64,000 nt of DNA from an uncultured Alphaproteobacteria bacterium (lineage in GTDB: Bacteria > Pseudomonadota > Alphaproteobacteria > HIMB59 > GCA-002718135): positions 12,644 through 76,643 of the forward strand of contig CACDIK010000001.1 in the NCBI GenBank assembly GCA_902553005.1, read 5' to 3'. Under the pieces are notes generated by a model that did not search any database, was not told the origin of the DNA, and saw nothing but the letters and a program-made list of their open reading frames with translations. Positions 1 through 11,113 of this stretch are shown piece after piece (positions within the stretch are counted from its first letter, which is position 1; each line of letters begins with the position of its first letter). Made by a program: the position numbers and the translations under genes.

Positions 1-2626
<2,626 letters not shown>

Positions 2627-2656
2627 AATACGCCTATATCACAAATAAAGTATAAT

Positions 2657-3628
2657 TTAATATTTAAGCAATAATTCTATTAAATTCTTTAAATCTTCAG
2701 GAATTTCAATATCAAAATTCATCCTTTTTTTTGATGAAGGATGATCAAAACCTAGATGATATGCATGTAATGCTTGTCTTTCAAAATTTTTTAAAATCAT
2801 AAATTTATTAAATGTATTTTTATCTTTTCCAAATTGATTAATTTTACTTTTTCCATAGATCTTATCACCAATGATTGGAGAATTTTTAGAAGTTAGATGA
2901 AGTCTAATTTGATGTGTTCTTCCAGTATGTAAATGGCAGTCAACTAAACTAGCAATACCAAAAGTTTTTTCTAATTTTATATCAGTTTTAGAATATTTTC
3001 CAAAACCCTTATTATTTAAACTCATTTTTTTTCTATTTTTTCTATTTCTTTCTATGTACCCTTCAATTGATTGATTATTTGGTGTTCCCCAAACTACTGC
3101 TTTATATCTACGAGATATCGTATGTTCTTTGAATTGTTTGGCTAAATTAATATGAACATAATTATTTTTTGCAACAACAAGAATTCCACTTGTATCCTTA
3201 TCTAAACGATGGACTATTCCTGGTCTAGCATTATCATCTAAATTACTTAGTTGATTATTAGTATAATGCATAAGAGCATTCACAAGAGTGCCGCTTTCAT
3301 TTCCAGGGGCTGGATGCATTACTAAATTTGGAGGTTTATTTATAACAATTAAATCTTCATCTTCAAAAATAATGTTTAAGTCTATATTTTCAGCTGAATG
3401 TCTTGTTTCTTGTTTCAAGATAATATTTATAAAGTAATTTTCATTTTCTTTAGTTATGTAAGATGGATCTTTTATTTCCTCTTCATCAAGACTTACATTG
3501 CCATTTAATATTAAAGTTTTTATTTGTGTTCTTGAATATCCTTCCAATTTTGAAACGAGCACTTTATCTAATCTTTGTGAACTTAATTGTTTATTTATAG
3601 TTAATTTAAGATTATAGAATTCGTTCAT
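2657..3628 (-). CDS. rluD: 23S rRNA pseudouridine synthase, RluD subfamily (S4 domain + RluA catalytic domain)
   Basis: 323 aa; N-terminal S4-like QRLDKVL segment and the HRLDKDTSGILVVAK catalytic Asp motif. Confidence 0.85.
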   Translation of the reverse strand: MNEFYNLKLTINKQLSSQRLDKVLVSKLEGYSRTQIKTLILNGNVSLDEEEIKDPSYITKENENYFINIILKQETRHSAENIDLNIIFEDEDLIVINKPPNLVMHPAPGNESGTLVNALMHYTNNQLSNLDDNARPGIVHRLDKDTSGILVVAKNNYVHINLAKQFKEHTISRRYKAVVWGTPNNQSIEGYIERNRKNRKKMSLNNKGFGKYSKTDIKLEKTFGIASLVDCHLHTGRTHQIRLHLTSKNSPIIGDKIYGKSKINQFGKDKNTFNKFMILKNFERQALHAYHLGFDHPSSKKRMNFDIEIPEDLKNLIELLLKY

Positions 3629-3920
3629 GTCTCAAAAAATTCTTAAATTTATTGTAATATTTTTAGGTATATTAATCGTTATTTGTTTTTTAGCTCTTGT
3701 TTATGGTTTGTATATAAAAACAACAAAAAAACAAAGTAATTTAGAAACAAATTTAATTGATTATAATTTAAATTTAGAAAAAGGGCATAAAATTACAGAT
3801 ATAGATATGATTGATAATAATAGGATTTTGTTTACAATAAAAAGTAATGATAAAGTTTATGCTTTAATATATAATATAGAAACATTAAATATTACAAAAA
3901 TAGATACATCTAATGAATAA
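3627..3920 (+). CDS. hypothetical N-terminally membrane-anchored small protein
   Basis: 97 aa; one hydrophobic helix (FIVIFLGILIVICFLALVYGLYI) followed by a small soluble domain. The stop overlaps the xseB start by 8 nt, suggesting translational coupling. I recognise no family. Confidence 0.55.
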   Translation: MSQKILKFIVIFLGILIVICFLALVYGLYIKTTKKQSNLETNLIDYNLNLEKGHKITDIDMIDNNRILFTIKSNDKVYALIYNIETLNITKIDTSNE

Positions 3921-4131
3921 AGACAATAATTTTGAAAATAATTTAAAAAAACTTGAGCTTATTGTAGAGAAATTAGAAAATAGTGAAGTTGATTTAGAAG
4001 AATCTGTAAAACTTTATGAAGAAGGAATGAATTTAAAAAAAGTATGCGAGGAAAAATTAAAAAGTATTGAAAGCCAAATTAAAAAAATTAAGCAAGAAAA
4101 CAATAAAGTCACAAAAGAAGATTTTAAGTAA
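3913..4131 (+). CDS. xseB: exodeoxyribonuclease VII small subunit
   Basis: 72 aa coiled-coil protein; FENNLKKLELIVEKLENSEVDLEESVKLYEEG is a typical XseB N-terminus. Confidence 0.85.
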   Translation: MNKDNNFENNLKKLELIVEKLENSEVDLEESVKLYEEGMNLKKVCEEKLKSIESQIKKIKQENNKVTKEDFK

Positions 4132-4140
4132 TTTTCAAAT

Positions 4141-4890
4141 TTGAGTAAAAATCTAAAAATAAGACTTGATCAGCTTTTAGTTGATAGAAACTTAGCTGAT
4201 AATAAATCAAAAGCCCAATCTATGATTATGGCCGGCCAAGTTTATGTAAACGATAAAATTATTACCAAAAGTGGTAACAGTTTTAATGAAAACTCAAAAA
4301 TAAAAACTAAACAACTTCATCCTCCATGGGTATCAAGAGGTGCATTCAAATTACTGAAAGCGATTGATCATTTTAAGATTGATATTAAAAATAAAATTTG
4401 TCTAGATATTGGTTCATCAACTGGTGGATTCACAGAAGTTCTTTTAAAAAAAAACGCTAAAAAAATATATTCTATTGATGTTGGTACAAATCAACTTCAT
4501 GAAAAATTAAAAAAAGAAAAAAAAATTATCAGTATAGAAAATTTTAACGCTAAATATTTAGATAACTCAATTATTCATGAAAAAATTAATTTGGTAGTAT
4601 GTGATGTCAGTTTCATTAGTCTAACAAAGGTTATAGAACCTAGCTTGAATCTTTTATCAAGTAAAGCTGAGATTATTTCACTAATTAAGCCGCAATTTGA
4701 AACTAATAAAATAAATTTGAAAAAAGGTATTGTGAAAGATCCATTGATACATGAACAAGTATGTAATGATATCTCTAATTGGTTTAAAAAAACAATTAAG
4801 GCTGAAGTTATAGGTTTAGTCGAAAGTCCAATAACTGGACCAAAAGGAAATAAAGAATTTTTGATTTATAGTATTTTAAAGAAATCTTAA
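4141..4890 (+). CDS. tlyA: TlyA-family rRNA 2'-O-methyltransferase (hemolysin A-like)
   Basis: 249 aa; S4 domain ([11 protein letters not shown]) plus FtsJ-like SAM domain ([14 protein letters not shown]). TTG start; no in-frame ATG alternative. Confidence 0.85.
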   Translation: MSKNLKIRLDQLLVDRNLADNKSKAQSMIMAGQVYVNDKIITKSGNSFNENSKIKTKQLHPPWVSRGAFKLLKAIDHFKIDIKNKICLDIGSSTGGFTEVLLKKNAKKIYSIDVGTNQLHEKLKKEKKIISIENFNAKYLDNSIIHEKINLVVCDVSFISLTKVIEPSLNLLSSKAEIISLIKPQFETNKINLKKGIVKDPLIHEQVCNDISNWFKKTIKAEVIGLVESPITGPKGNKEFLIYSILKKS

Positions 4891-5946
4891 ACAATGATCA
4901 GCTATAGTTGTGGCAACCATTGCTTCACCGACAGGAACAGCTCTTATACCAACACATGGATCATGTCGACCTTTAGTAGATATTGTTGTTTCTTTTAATT
5001 TTGTATTAATTGTTTTTTTTGGCGATAATATTGAGCTTGTAGGTTTTACTACAAATCTAGTAATTAATTCTTGGCCCGTTGTAATACCCCCAAGAACACC
5101 CCCATTATTATTTGAAAGAAATAAAGGTTTTTTATTTTTTATTCTCATTTCATCAACATTAGAAATTCCAGTTTCATAAACACTGCTAAATCCATTTCCC
5201 ATTTCTACTCCCTTAACAGCATTAATAGACATCAATGCCTTAGCAATATCAGAGTCTATTTTTTCATAAATAGGTTCTCCTAATCCAGCTGGCAAACCTT
5301 TTACTCTAATTTCAATTATTGCACCTAAAGAGGAACCAGATTTTCTTGCAGTTTGTATTTCATTTTCCCATATTTTAATAATTTCTTTATCAGGACTCCA
5401 GAAATTATTTTTTGGAATAAAATTATTATTCCAATTATCATAATTAATTTTATGATTACCTATTTGAATTAATGCACCTGTTATTACAACTTGATTTGTA
5501 ATTTTATTTTTTATGATTTTTCTTGCTATTGCCCCTGCTGCTACTCTCATCGCAGTTTCTCTAGCACTAGATCTACCACCACCCCTATAATCTCTTATGC
5601 CATATTTTTTCCAATATGTATAATCTGCATGACCTGGTCTAAATTTACTTTTGATATCACCATAATCTTTTGATCTCTGATCTTGATTGTAGATAATTAG
5701 AGAAATAGGATGACCTGTTGTTTTTCCCTCAAAAGTTCCAGATAGTATTTCAACTTTATCCTCTTCTTTTCTTTGAGTTGTAAATTTTGACTGACCAGGT
5801 TTTCTTTTATCTAAATAGGGTTGGATATCTTTTTCAGTTAAATTTATGTTTGATGGAACTCCATCGACAACACAACCAATAGCTTTGCCATGGCTTTCTC
5901 CCCATGTAGTAAAATTAAAGATTTTTCCTATTGAATTAGAAGTCAT
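4876..5946 (-). CDS. aroC: chorismate synthase
   Basis: 356 aa; [18 protein letters not shown] and GRHDPCV signature segments. Confidence 0.95.
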   Translation of the reverse strand: MTSNSIGKIFNFTTWGESHGKAIGCVVDGVPSNINLTEKDIQPYLDKRKPGQSKFTTQRKEEDKVEILSGTFEGKTTGHPISLIIYNQDQRSKDYGDIKSKFRPGHADYTYWKKYGIRDYRGGGRSSARETAMRVAAGAIARKIIKNKITNQVVITGALIQIGNHKINYDNWNNNFIPKNNFWSPDKEIIKIWENEIQTARKSGSSLGAIIEIRVKGLPAGLGEPIYEKIDSDIAKALMSINAVKGVEMGNGFSSVYETGISNVDEMRIKNKKPLFLSNNNGGVLGGITTGQELITRFVVKPTSSILSPKKTINTKLKETTISTKGRHDPCVGIRAVPVGEAMVATTIADHCLRFL

Positions 5947-6770
5947 TTTTTAGAATTTGTAAATTCACCTAACAATTCTGATACACTTTCACTCTCATCA
6001 ACTGCAACCATTCCTACAGTATGATAACCACAATCGACATGTTGTATCTCACCAGTAACGGCACTCCCAAGATCACTTAAGAGATACAAAGCAGAATTTC
6101 CAACATCTTGCTGATTTACATTTCTTTTAAGTGGAGCATTAAGCTCATTCCATTTTAGAATAAATCTAAAATCACCTATTCCTGATGCTGCCAAAGTTTT
6201 AATTGGCCCAGCACTAATAGCATTAACTCTTATATTTTTTTCTCCTAAATCAACTGCTAAATATCTAACACTTGCCTCTAAAGCTGCTTTTGCAACTCCC
6301 ATAACATTATAATGAGGCATAACTTGTTCTGATCCATAATATGTTAAAGTTAAAACTGATCCGCCATTATTCATTAAAGGTTCTGCTAGTCTACAAGCCT
6401 CTGTAAAAGAATAACATGATATATGCATAGTTTGTTTAAAATTATCAGAGGATGTATTGTAATATTTACCTCTTAATTCATCTTTGTTGGAAAAACCTAT
6501 TCCATGAACAAGAAAATCTATTTCACCCCATTTATTTTTAAGTGTTTCAAAAACATTATTCATACTTTGTGAGTCTGAAACATCACAAGGAATAATAGTG
6601 TTAGAACCTATTTCTTCTGCAAGTGGCTGAACTCTTTTCTTAAGAGCTTCTCCTTGATAAGTAAGTGCAATTTCTGCTCCCTGTTCTGCTAATTTTTTTG
6701 CAATACCCCAGGCAATAGATCTGTCATTTGCCACTCCCATAATCAGACCTTTTTTATTTTGCATCAACAT
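5943..6770 (-). CDS. fabI: enoyl-[acyl-carrier-protein] reductase (NADH), FabI
   Basis: SDR protein with the [19 protein letters not shown]-terminus. The track ORF runs to 6914, but its first 48 aa are low-complexity Y/I-rich intergenic translation, so I place the start at ATG 6770 (alternative 6764). Confidence 0.9.
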   Translation of the reverse strand: MLMQNKKGLIMGVANDRSIAWGIAKKLAEQGAEIALTYQGEALKKRVQPLAEEIGSNTIIPCDVSDSQSMNNVFETLKNKWGEIDFLVHGIGFSNKDELRGKYYNTSSDNFKQTMHISCYSFTEACRLAEPLMNNGGSVLTLTYYGSEQVMPHYNVMGVAKAALEASVRYLAVDLGEKNIRVNAISAGPIKTLAASGIGDFRFILKWNELNAPLKRNVNQQDVGNSALYLLSDLGSAVTGEIQHVDCGYHTVGMVAVDESESVSELLGEFTNSKK

Positions 6771-6838
6771 ATTGTAAATCAGTGTTTTTTTATAATTATA
6801 GATATATATACTTATAAAATAATATTCATATCTATAAT

Positions 6839-7444
6839 ATGCAATCGAATCAAAAATTAATAAATTCTGATAAAAAACCAATTGAACTTTTTCAAGAATG
6901 GTTTGAAGAGGCACAGAAAAGTGAATTCAATGATCCAAATGCTATGAACCTTGCTACTATATCTTCTGACGGCAAACCCAGCTCACGAATTGTTTTGCTT
7001 AAATCATATGATGATAAAGGGTTTGTTTTTTACACAAATTCAAATAGTAAAAAAGGTAGAGCAATTAAAAATAACGATAGTGTAGCCTTAAATTTTCATT
7101 GGAAAACACTTCAAAGACAAATACGAATAGAAGGTAATGTTTCACAAATTTCAAACGTTGAAGCTGATGAATATTATAATTCAAGGCCACTAGGAAGTAG
7201 AATAGGAGCTTGGGCTTCATTACAGTCAGAAGAACTAGATGATAGATCGACATTAACTAAAAGAGTAAAAGAGTTTGAAAAAAAATTTTCAGATAATGAT
7301 GTACCAAGACCTTCACATTGGAATGGTTACTTAGTAGCGCCTGAATTAATTGAATTTTGGCAAGATATGCCATTCAGATTGCATGATAGACTTGAATTCC
7401 GTAAGGAAAATGATGGTTGGGTTACAAGAAAATTATATCCTTAA
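6839..7444 (+). CDS. pdxH: pyridoxamine 5'-phosphate oxidase
   Basis: 201 aa; RIVLLK, RQIRIEG and IEFWQ...RLHDRLEF motifs typical of PdxH. Confidence 0.9.
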   Translation: MQSNQKLINSDKKPIELFQEWFEEAQKSEFNDPNAMNLATISSDGKPSSRIVLLKSYDDKGFVFYTNSNSKKGRAIKNNDSVALNFHWKTLQRQIRIEGNVSQISNVEADEYYNSRPLGSRIGAWASLQSEELDDRSTLTKRVKEFEKKFSDNDVPRPSHWNGYLVAPELIEFWQDMPFRLHDRLEFRKENDGWVTRKLYP

Positions 7445-7875
7445 TTATCTTCTTTCCATTTTTGTAAAATCCATGAACTAGAATTTGATTTATTGTCACC
7501 ACCTATACCCCAAAGTAACTGAATATTATTTTTTTCACAAAATATTGATTCTGGTGTTGTACTATTATTTCGATCACCTCCATTTGCAAATTTAATAATT
7601 GATTTTGGATATTTATTTTTTACTTTTTTAAGACCATTGATGCACGTCTTATCTCTGTCATCGAATTCTATAACATCAATAACATTTTTTAACTCATTCA
7701 TAATTATAGTTCTTTCAACAAAAGGAAGAAATTCCTTACCCTTCTTTTTTTGAAGCCATAAATCAGAATTTAGCAAAACTACAACTTCACCATGTTTAGC
7801 AGCTTCTTTAATTAATTTTATATGACCACTGTGAATTGGATCAAAGCCTCCACTGACAACAACTATTTCACGCAT
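7441..7875 (-). CDS. small cytidylyltransferase-fold nucleotidyltransferase (HxGH class), substrate unknown
   Basis: 144 aa; GGFDPIHSGHIKLI is the (T/H)xGH nucleotidyltransferase motif. The size and layout resemble RfaE domain II / TagD-like enzymes. Confidence 0.7.
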   Translation of the reverse strand: MREIVVVSGGFDPIHSGHIKLIKEAAKHGEVVVLLNSDLWLQKKKGKEFLPFVERTIIMNELKNVIDVIEFDDRDKTCINGLKKVKNKYPKSIIKFANGGDRNNSTTPESIFCEKNNIQLLWGIGGDNKSNSSSWILQKWKEDN

Positions 7876-8503
7876 ACTTGCTTCTCCATTTTTCTGGGTC
7901 TTCTAAAAATTCTTTTAAGTTTGAAACCTCATCCTCAGAATATATTTTTTCACTTTCAATATAATTTATTATATCTTTCCATGTACATAGTGAGTGCATA
8001 TTTACATTCAATTTAAATAATTCTGATTCTTTGAAATTAAAAATATCATAATAAAATATTACAAATATATCTTTAACTTTTAATCCTGCTTCGCGCATTG
8101 CATTAATAAAAATTATTTTACTACCTCCATCAGTAGCTAAATCTTCAACTAAAAGAGCTTTTTGATTATTTTCAAATTCACCTTCAATTTGTTTGTTTTT
8201 TCCAAAACCTTTTGTTTTTTTTCTAATGTAAATCATTTGTTTATCTAATTTTTGAGAAATAAACGCAGCATAGGGAATTCCAGCAGTTTCTCCACCAGCA
8301 ATAATTTCTGACTCAATATTATTTTTAGTTAAATAATCTACAGCTTTATCAATTATAAAATTTCTTTCTTTTGTAAAAGAAATAATTTTTCTACAATCAA
8401 CATAAACAGGACTAGCTAAGCCTGATGTAAGAGTAAAATATTTATCAAATGAAAAATTAATAGACTTTATATCTACTAAAATTTTAGCTATCTCTTTTGA
8501 CAT
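7868..8503 (-). CDS. pyrE: orotate phosphoribosyltransferase
   Basis: 211 aa; PRPP-binding motif LLVEDLATDGGS and an OPRTase-like N-terminus. Confidence 0.8.
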   Translation of the reverse strand: MSKEIAKILVDIKSINFSFDKYFTLTSGLASPVYVDCRKIISFTKERNFIIDKAVDYLTKNNIESEIIAGGETAGIPYAAFISQKLDKQMIYIRKKTKGFGKNKQIEGEFENNQKALLVEDLATDGGSKIIFINAMREAGLKVKDIFVIFYYDIFNFKESELFKLNVNMHSLCTWKDIINYIESEKIYSEDEVSNLKEFLEDPEKWRSKYA

Positions 8504-8507
8504 TTTT

Positions 8508-8981
8508 TTAAGTTATTTGTGCAATATGTTCAAATGATAAATTTCCAGGCACAATCATTATCGGTATTCTAAGGTTTGTTATTTCATTACTTACCAAAGA
8601 AGTTATTATTGGACCGGGATTCTTACTATTTGGATCAGTATTGGCAGCTAAAACAAGAACATTAATATTTTTTTCCTCATCTAATAATTGTTTTAATTCA
8701 GCTATAGTATCACCCTCTCTTAAAGAGAGAGCAGGATAGTCACCTGTTCTTTCTTGGACAAATGAGGCAGCTTTTTTAAGAATTGCTTCTGCTTCTTCTC
8801 TAGCTTCCTCTTTCATAATGTCTGTAACACCTTTGGTTGTTAGAACATCCAAAGGCTCTATGAATGTTGCAATTATAATTTTTCTTCCCGTCTTTTTTGA
8901 TCTTGCACATGCATATTCAAGAGCTGTATTCATTTCTTCTGAATTATCTGCAACAACTAGAATATATCTATCATCACTCAT
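8508..8981 (-). CDS. universal stress protein (UspA) family protein
   Basis: 157 aa alpha/beta protein with a Usp-like layout (ILVVADNSEE... VLVLAA ... PIMIVP). Confidence 0.7.
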   Translation of the reverse strand: MSDDRYILVVADNSEEMNTALEYACARSKKTGRKIIIATFIEPLDVLTTKGVTDIMKEEAREEAEAILKKAASFVQERTGDYPALSLREGDTIAELKQLLDEEKNINVLVLAANTDPNSKNPGPIITSLVSNEITNLRIPIMIVPGNLSFEHIAQIT

Positions 8982-9742
8982 TTACTTCTCCTAAATAAAG
9001 CAGCAGCAATAAAACCTGAAACTATTGAAAAGATAATTACAAAAACTCCGTATGTAGCTGCATTTTCGTTAGCAAAGTCAAATATTTGACTTCCTACACC
9101 TGTTTTTTTTATAACTATATTTTTTTGATCAGTACTCATAATTGTATTATTTCTTATATAGTAAATATCAACATTATAAATCCCTGGTATTGTATTTGTT
9201 GGAAAAAAAACGCTAGTTTGAAATAATTTATCTTTGACCTTTTTCATTTCAAAACTTTTATAAAATAGTTGTTCTTTTTTTATTCTAACAAAATTTTCAT
9301 TCCAATTTTTTTGATCATTTTTGAAAATAAAATTTTGATTAAAAGTCTTATTATTTAAAATTTTTTCAAAACTTAGATCCTCATTAATTAATATCGATTC
9401 AGGCAAGATTTCGTTAATTTCTTTAGATGAGGATAAAAAGAATAAAGATGGAATGTTACTATAGGTAACGTATTGATTATTTATCCATATTCCAAAATAC
9501 CTCTCTTTTTTTTGTATTCTCATTTTTGACGGTGGACCTTTTATTGTCAAAAGTGTCTCATGATCATTTTTTAATAATCCAAAAATAATAATTTCTTTTC
9601 CATTAAAATCTGTTTTTAATTCAATACTATCTTCAGATAAGTCAAAGTAAATTTCTTCAGCATGAAGAAAGTTATAAAAAAAAATTATAGTCAATAAAAT
9701 TGTTAGATTAAAAGCAAACTTTATATATAAATTTTTAATCAT
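8978..9742 (-). CDS. TIGR02186 (Alph_Pro_TM) family protein; signal peptide + C-terminal TM anchor, function unknown
   Basis: 254 aa with an N-terminal signal-like helix and a C-terminal TM (VFVIIFSIVSGFIAAALF). It sits next to a TauE/DUF81 permease, as I recall is typical for this alphaproteobacterial family. ATGA overlap with the downstream usp gene. Confidence 0.6.
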   Translation of the reverse strand: MIKNLYIKFAFNLTILLTIIFFYNFLHAEEIYFDLSEDSIELKTDFNGKEIIIFGLLKNDHETLLTIKGPPSKMRIQKKERYFGIWINNQYVTYSNIPSLFFLSSSKEINEILPESILINEDLSFEKILNNKTFNQNFIFKNDQKNWNENFVRIKKEQLFYKSFEMKKVKDKLFQTSVFFPTNTIPGIYNVDIYYIRNNTIMSTDQKNIVIKKTGVGSQIFDFANENAATYGVFVIIFSIVSGFIAAALFRRSK

Positions 9743-10142
9743 CTATTTTTGTCACTTCTAAAATATAAAATTCTAAATAAAATCCAACTAATGCAAAAAT
9801 TGATACTAATAAAAAAGATGCTTTCTCAATCAATATATCAATCACTAATATATCTTTTTGCAAAAGCATATAAATTGGAATTACAGTGGATAAAATAATA
9901 ATACTTAGTTTTGCAAATGAATCATTAAATAATATGTTTATAAATATTTTATTAAGATCTTTTTTAATAAATACTCTGAAATTTGACCAAATATATATTT
10001 TGTTAAATGAATTTACAATAATTATTAGAATTAATAAATATTCAATATTCTTTAGATTAAAATCAATAGTTGTAAAAATAAAATATATGAAAAGACAAAC
10101 TACGATCAATAAATTAGTAGCAAAATTAAATATTGAAATCAT
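9735..10142 (-). CDS. hypothetical polytopic membrane protein (about 4 TM)
   Basis: 135 aa and strongly hydrophobic. Its start overlaps the TauE stop (ATGA) and its stop overlaps the next gene by 8 nt, which supports a real, translationally coupled gene. Confidence 0.55.
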   Translation of the reverse strand: MISIFNFATNLLIVVCLFIYFIFTTIDFNLKNIEYLLILIIIVNSFNKIYIWSNFRVFIKKDLNKIFINILFNDSFAKLSIIILSTVIPIYMLLQKDILVIDILIEKASFLLVSIFALVGFYLEFYILEVTKIDD

Positions 10143-11095
10143 ATCATTACCAATGAAAATAAATCATTTGGCCTTAAAACTAGATCTGTAAAAATTTTAC
10201 CACAGACACCCAGTACTAATATAGCCAAAATACCTCTCAAATATTCTGCTTTTAATTTAGACCCAAAAATTACACCAATTTGTGCACCAATTACTCCTCC
10301 AAATATCATTAGTGCAGACAGCACAATATCTACATTATAATTAATGTAGGATTGAAAGAATGTTGCATTAGCGGTAACAAAAATGATTTGAAATAAAGAT
10401 GTCCCAACTACTATACTTGTTGGCATTCCAAGTATATATACCATTGCAGGTATCATTATAAATCCTCCTCCAACTCCCATCATTGCGGACATCACTCCAA
10501 CTGCGAACCCTATCAATACAGGTGGTATCGCACTTATATAAAGTTTTGATCTATGAAAGCGAACTTTGAATGGAAGTCCATGAAACCAAGAATGTTGATG
10601 CAGTTTTGTTCTTTTAGTGTTTCTTGCTCTATACTGTTTTATTGTTGTTCTTGCGCTTTCAAAAGCCATACTAAAACCAATAAAACCTAAAAAGAAAAGA
10701 AATAATAACTGAATAACTAAATCTATTTGCCCAAAGTTTTTTAGATAACTGAAAATATTTACACCTACTGTGGAACCAATTAAACCTCCTATTAAAAGGA
10801 AAATACCCATCTTTATATCAACATTTCTTTTTCTCCAGTGAGCAATAAAACCTGAAACTGAAGTTGCTAAAACGTGTGGAGCTTCAGAACCAACAGCAAC
10901 AACTGGAGGTATGCCTAAAAAAATTAATAGTGGTGTCATTAAAAATCCACCACCAACACCAAAAATTCCTGAAAGTATTCCTATACTCATACCAATAAAG
11001 ATAATGAGAAAAATATTGACGTTCATTTCAGCTATTGGAAGGTAAATTGACATTTTTTTTTTAAATTTTATATAATTATTACTTAATAAGTACAA
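10139..11095 (-). CDS. TauE/SafE (DUF81) family anion (sulfite-type) exporter/permease
   Basis: 318 aa; two internally repeated 4-TM halves with glycine-rich GVGGGF motifs (GIFGVGGGFLMTP / MMGVGGGFIMIP). Confidence 0.8.
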   Translation of the reverse strand: MYLLSNNYIKFKKKMSIYLPIAEMNVNIFLIIFIGMSIGILSGIFGVGGGFLMTPLLIFLGIPPVVAVGSEAPHVLATSVSGFIAHWRKRNVDIKMGIFLLIGGLIGSTVGVNIFSYLKNFGQIDLVIQLLFLFFLGFIGFSMAFESARTTIKQYRARNTKRTKLHQHSWFHGLPFKVRFHRSKLYISAIPPVLIGFAVGVMSAMMGVGGGFIMIPAMVYILGMPTSIVVGTSLFQIIFVTANATFFQSYINYNVDIVLSALMIFGGVIGAQIGVIFGSKLKAEYLRGILAILVLGVCGKIFTDLVLRPNDLFSLVMI

Positions 11096-11113
11096 ATTAT
11101 ATTTATTTTAGGA

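Noticed and set aside
4910-5179. Antisense/out-of-frame ORFs inside well-supported genes. Examples: 4910-5179, 5491-5673, 7065-7253, 7822-8016, 9886-10191, 12808-13044, 20340-20636, 21469-21651, 22368-22619, 23502-23699, 24311-24547, 24925-25188, 25589-25807, 26153-26383, 26923-27120, 27516-27746, 29900-30128, 33568-33777, 34074-34280, 35622-35897, 37344-37535, 39573-39824, 41064-41327, 43227-43409, 43708-44070, 45136-45381, 45709-46178, 46574-46777, 47045-47251, 48931-49137, 49420-49617, 50254-50618, 55627-55818, 57473-57697, 58620-58802, 59288-59590 and 62049-62420.
   Set aside because: All lie entirely within, or largely overlap, strongly recognisable conserved genes on the other strand or in another frame. 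Their translations are low-complexity or hydrophobic with no family resemblance. Such shadow ORFs are expected in AT-rich coding DNA with few stop codons on the complementary frame.
5943-6914. Long 323-aa version of fabI
   Set aside because: The first 48 residues (…YYRYEYYFISIYIYNYKK…) are translated AT-rich intergenic DNA and overlap the pdxH start. The conserved FabI N-terminus begins at Met49/Met51.
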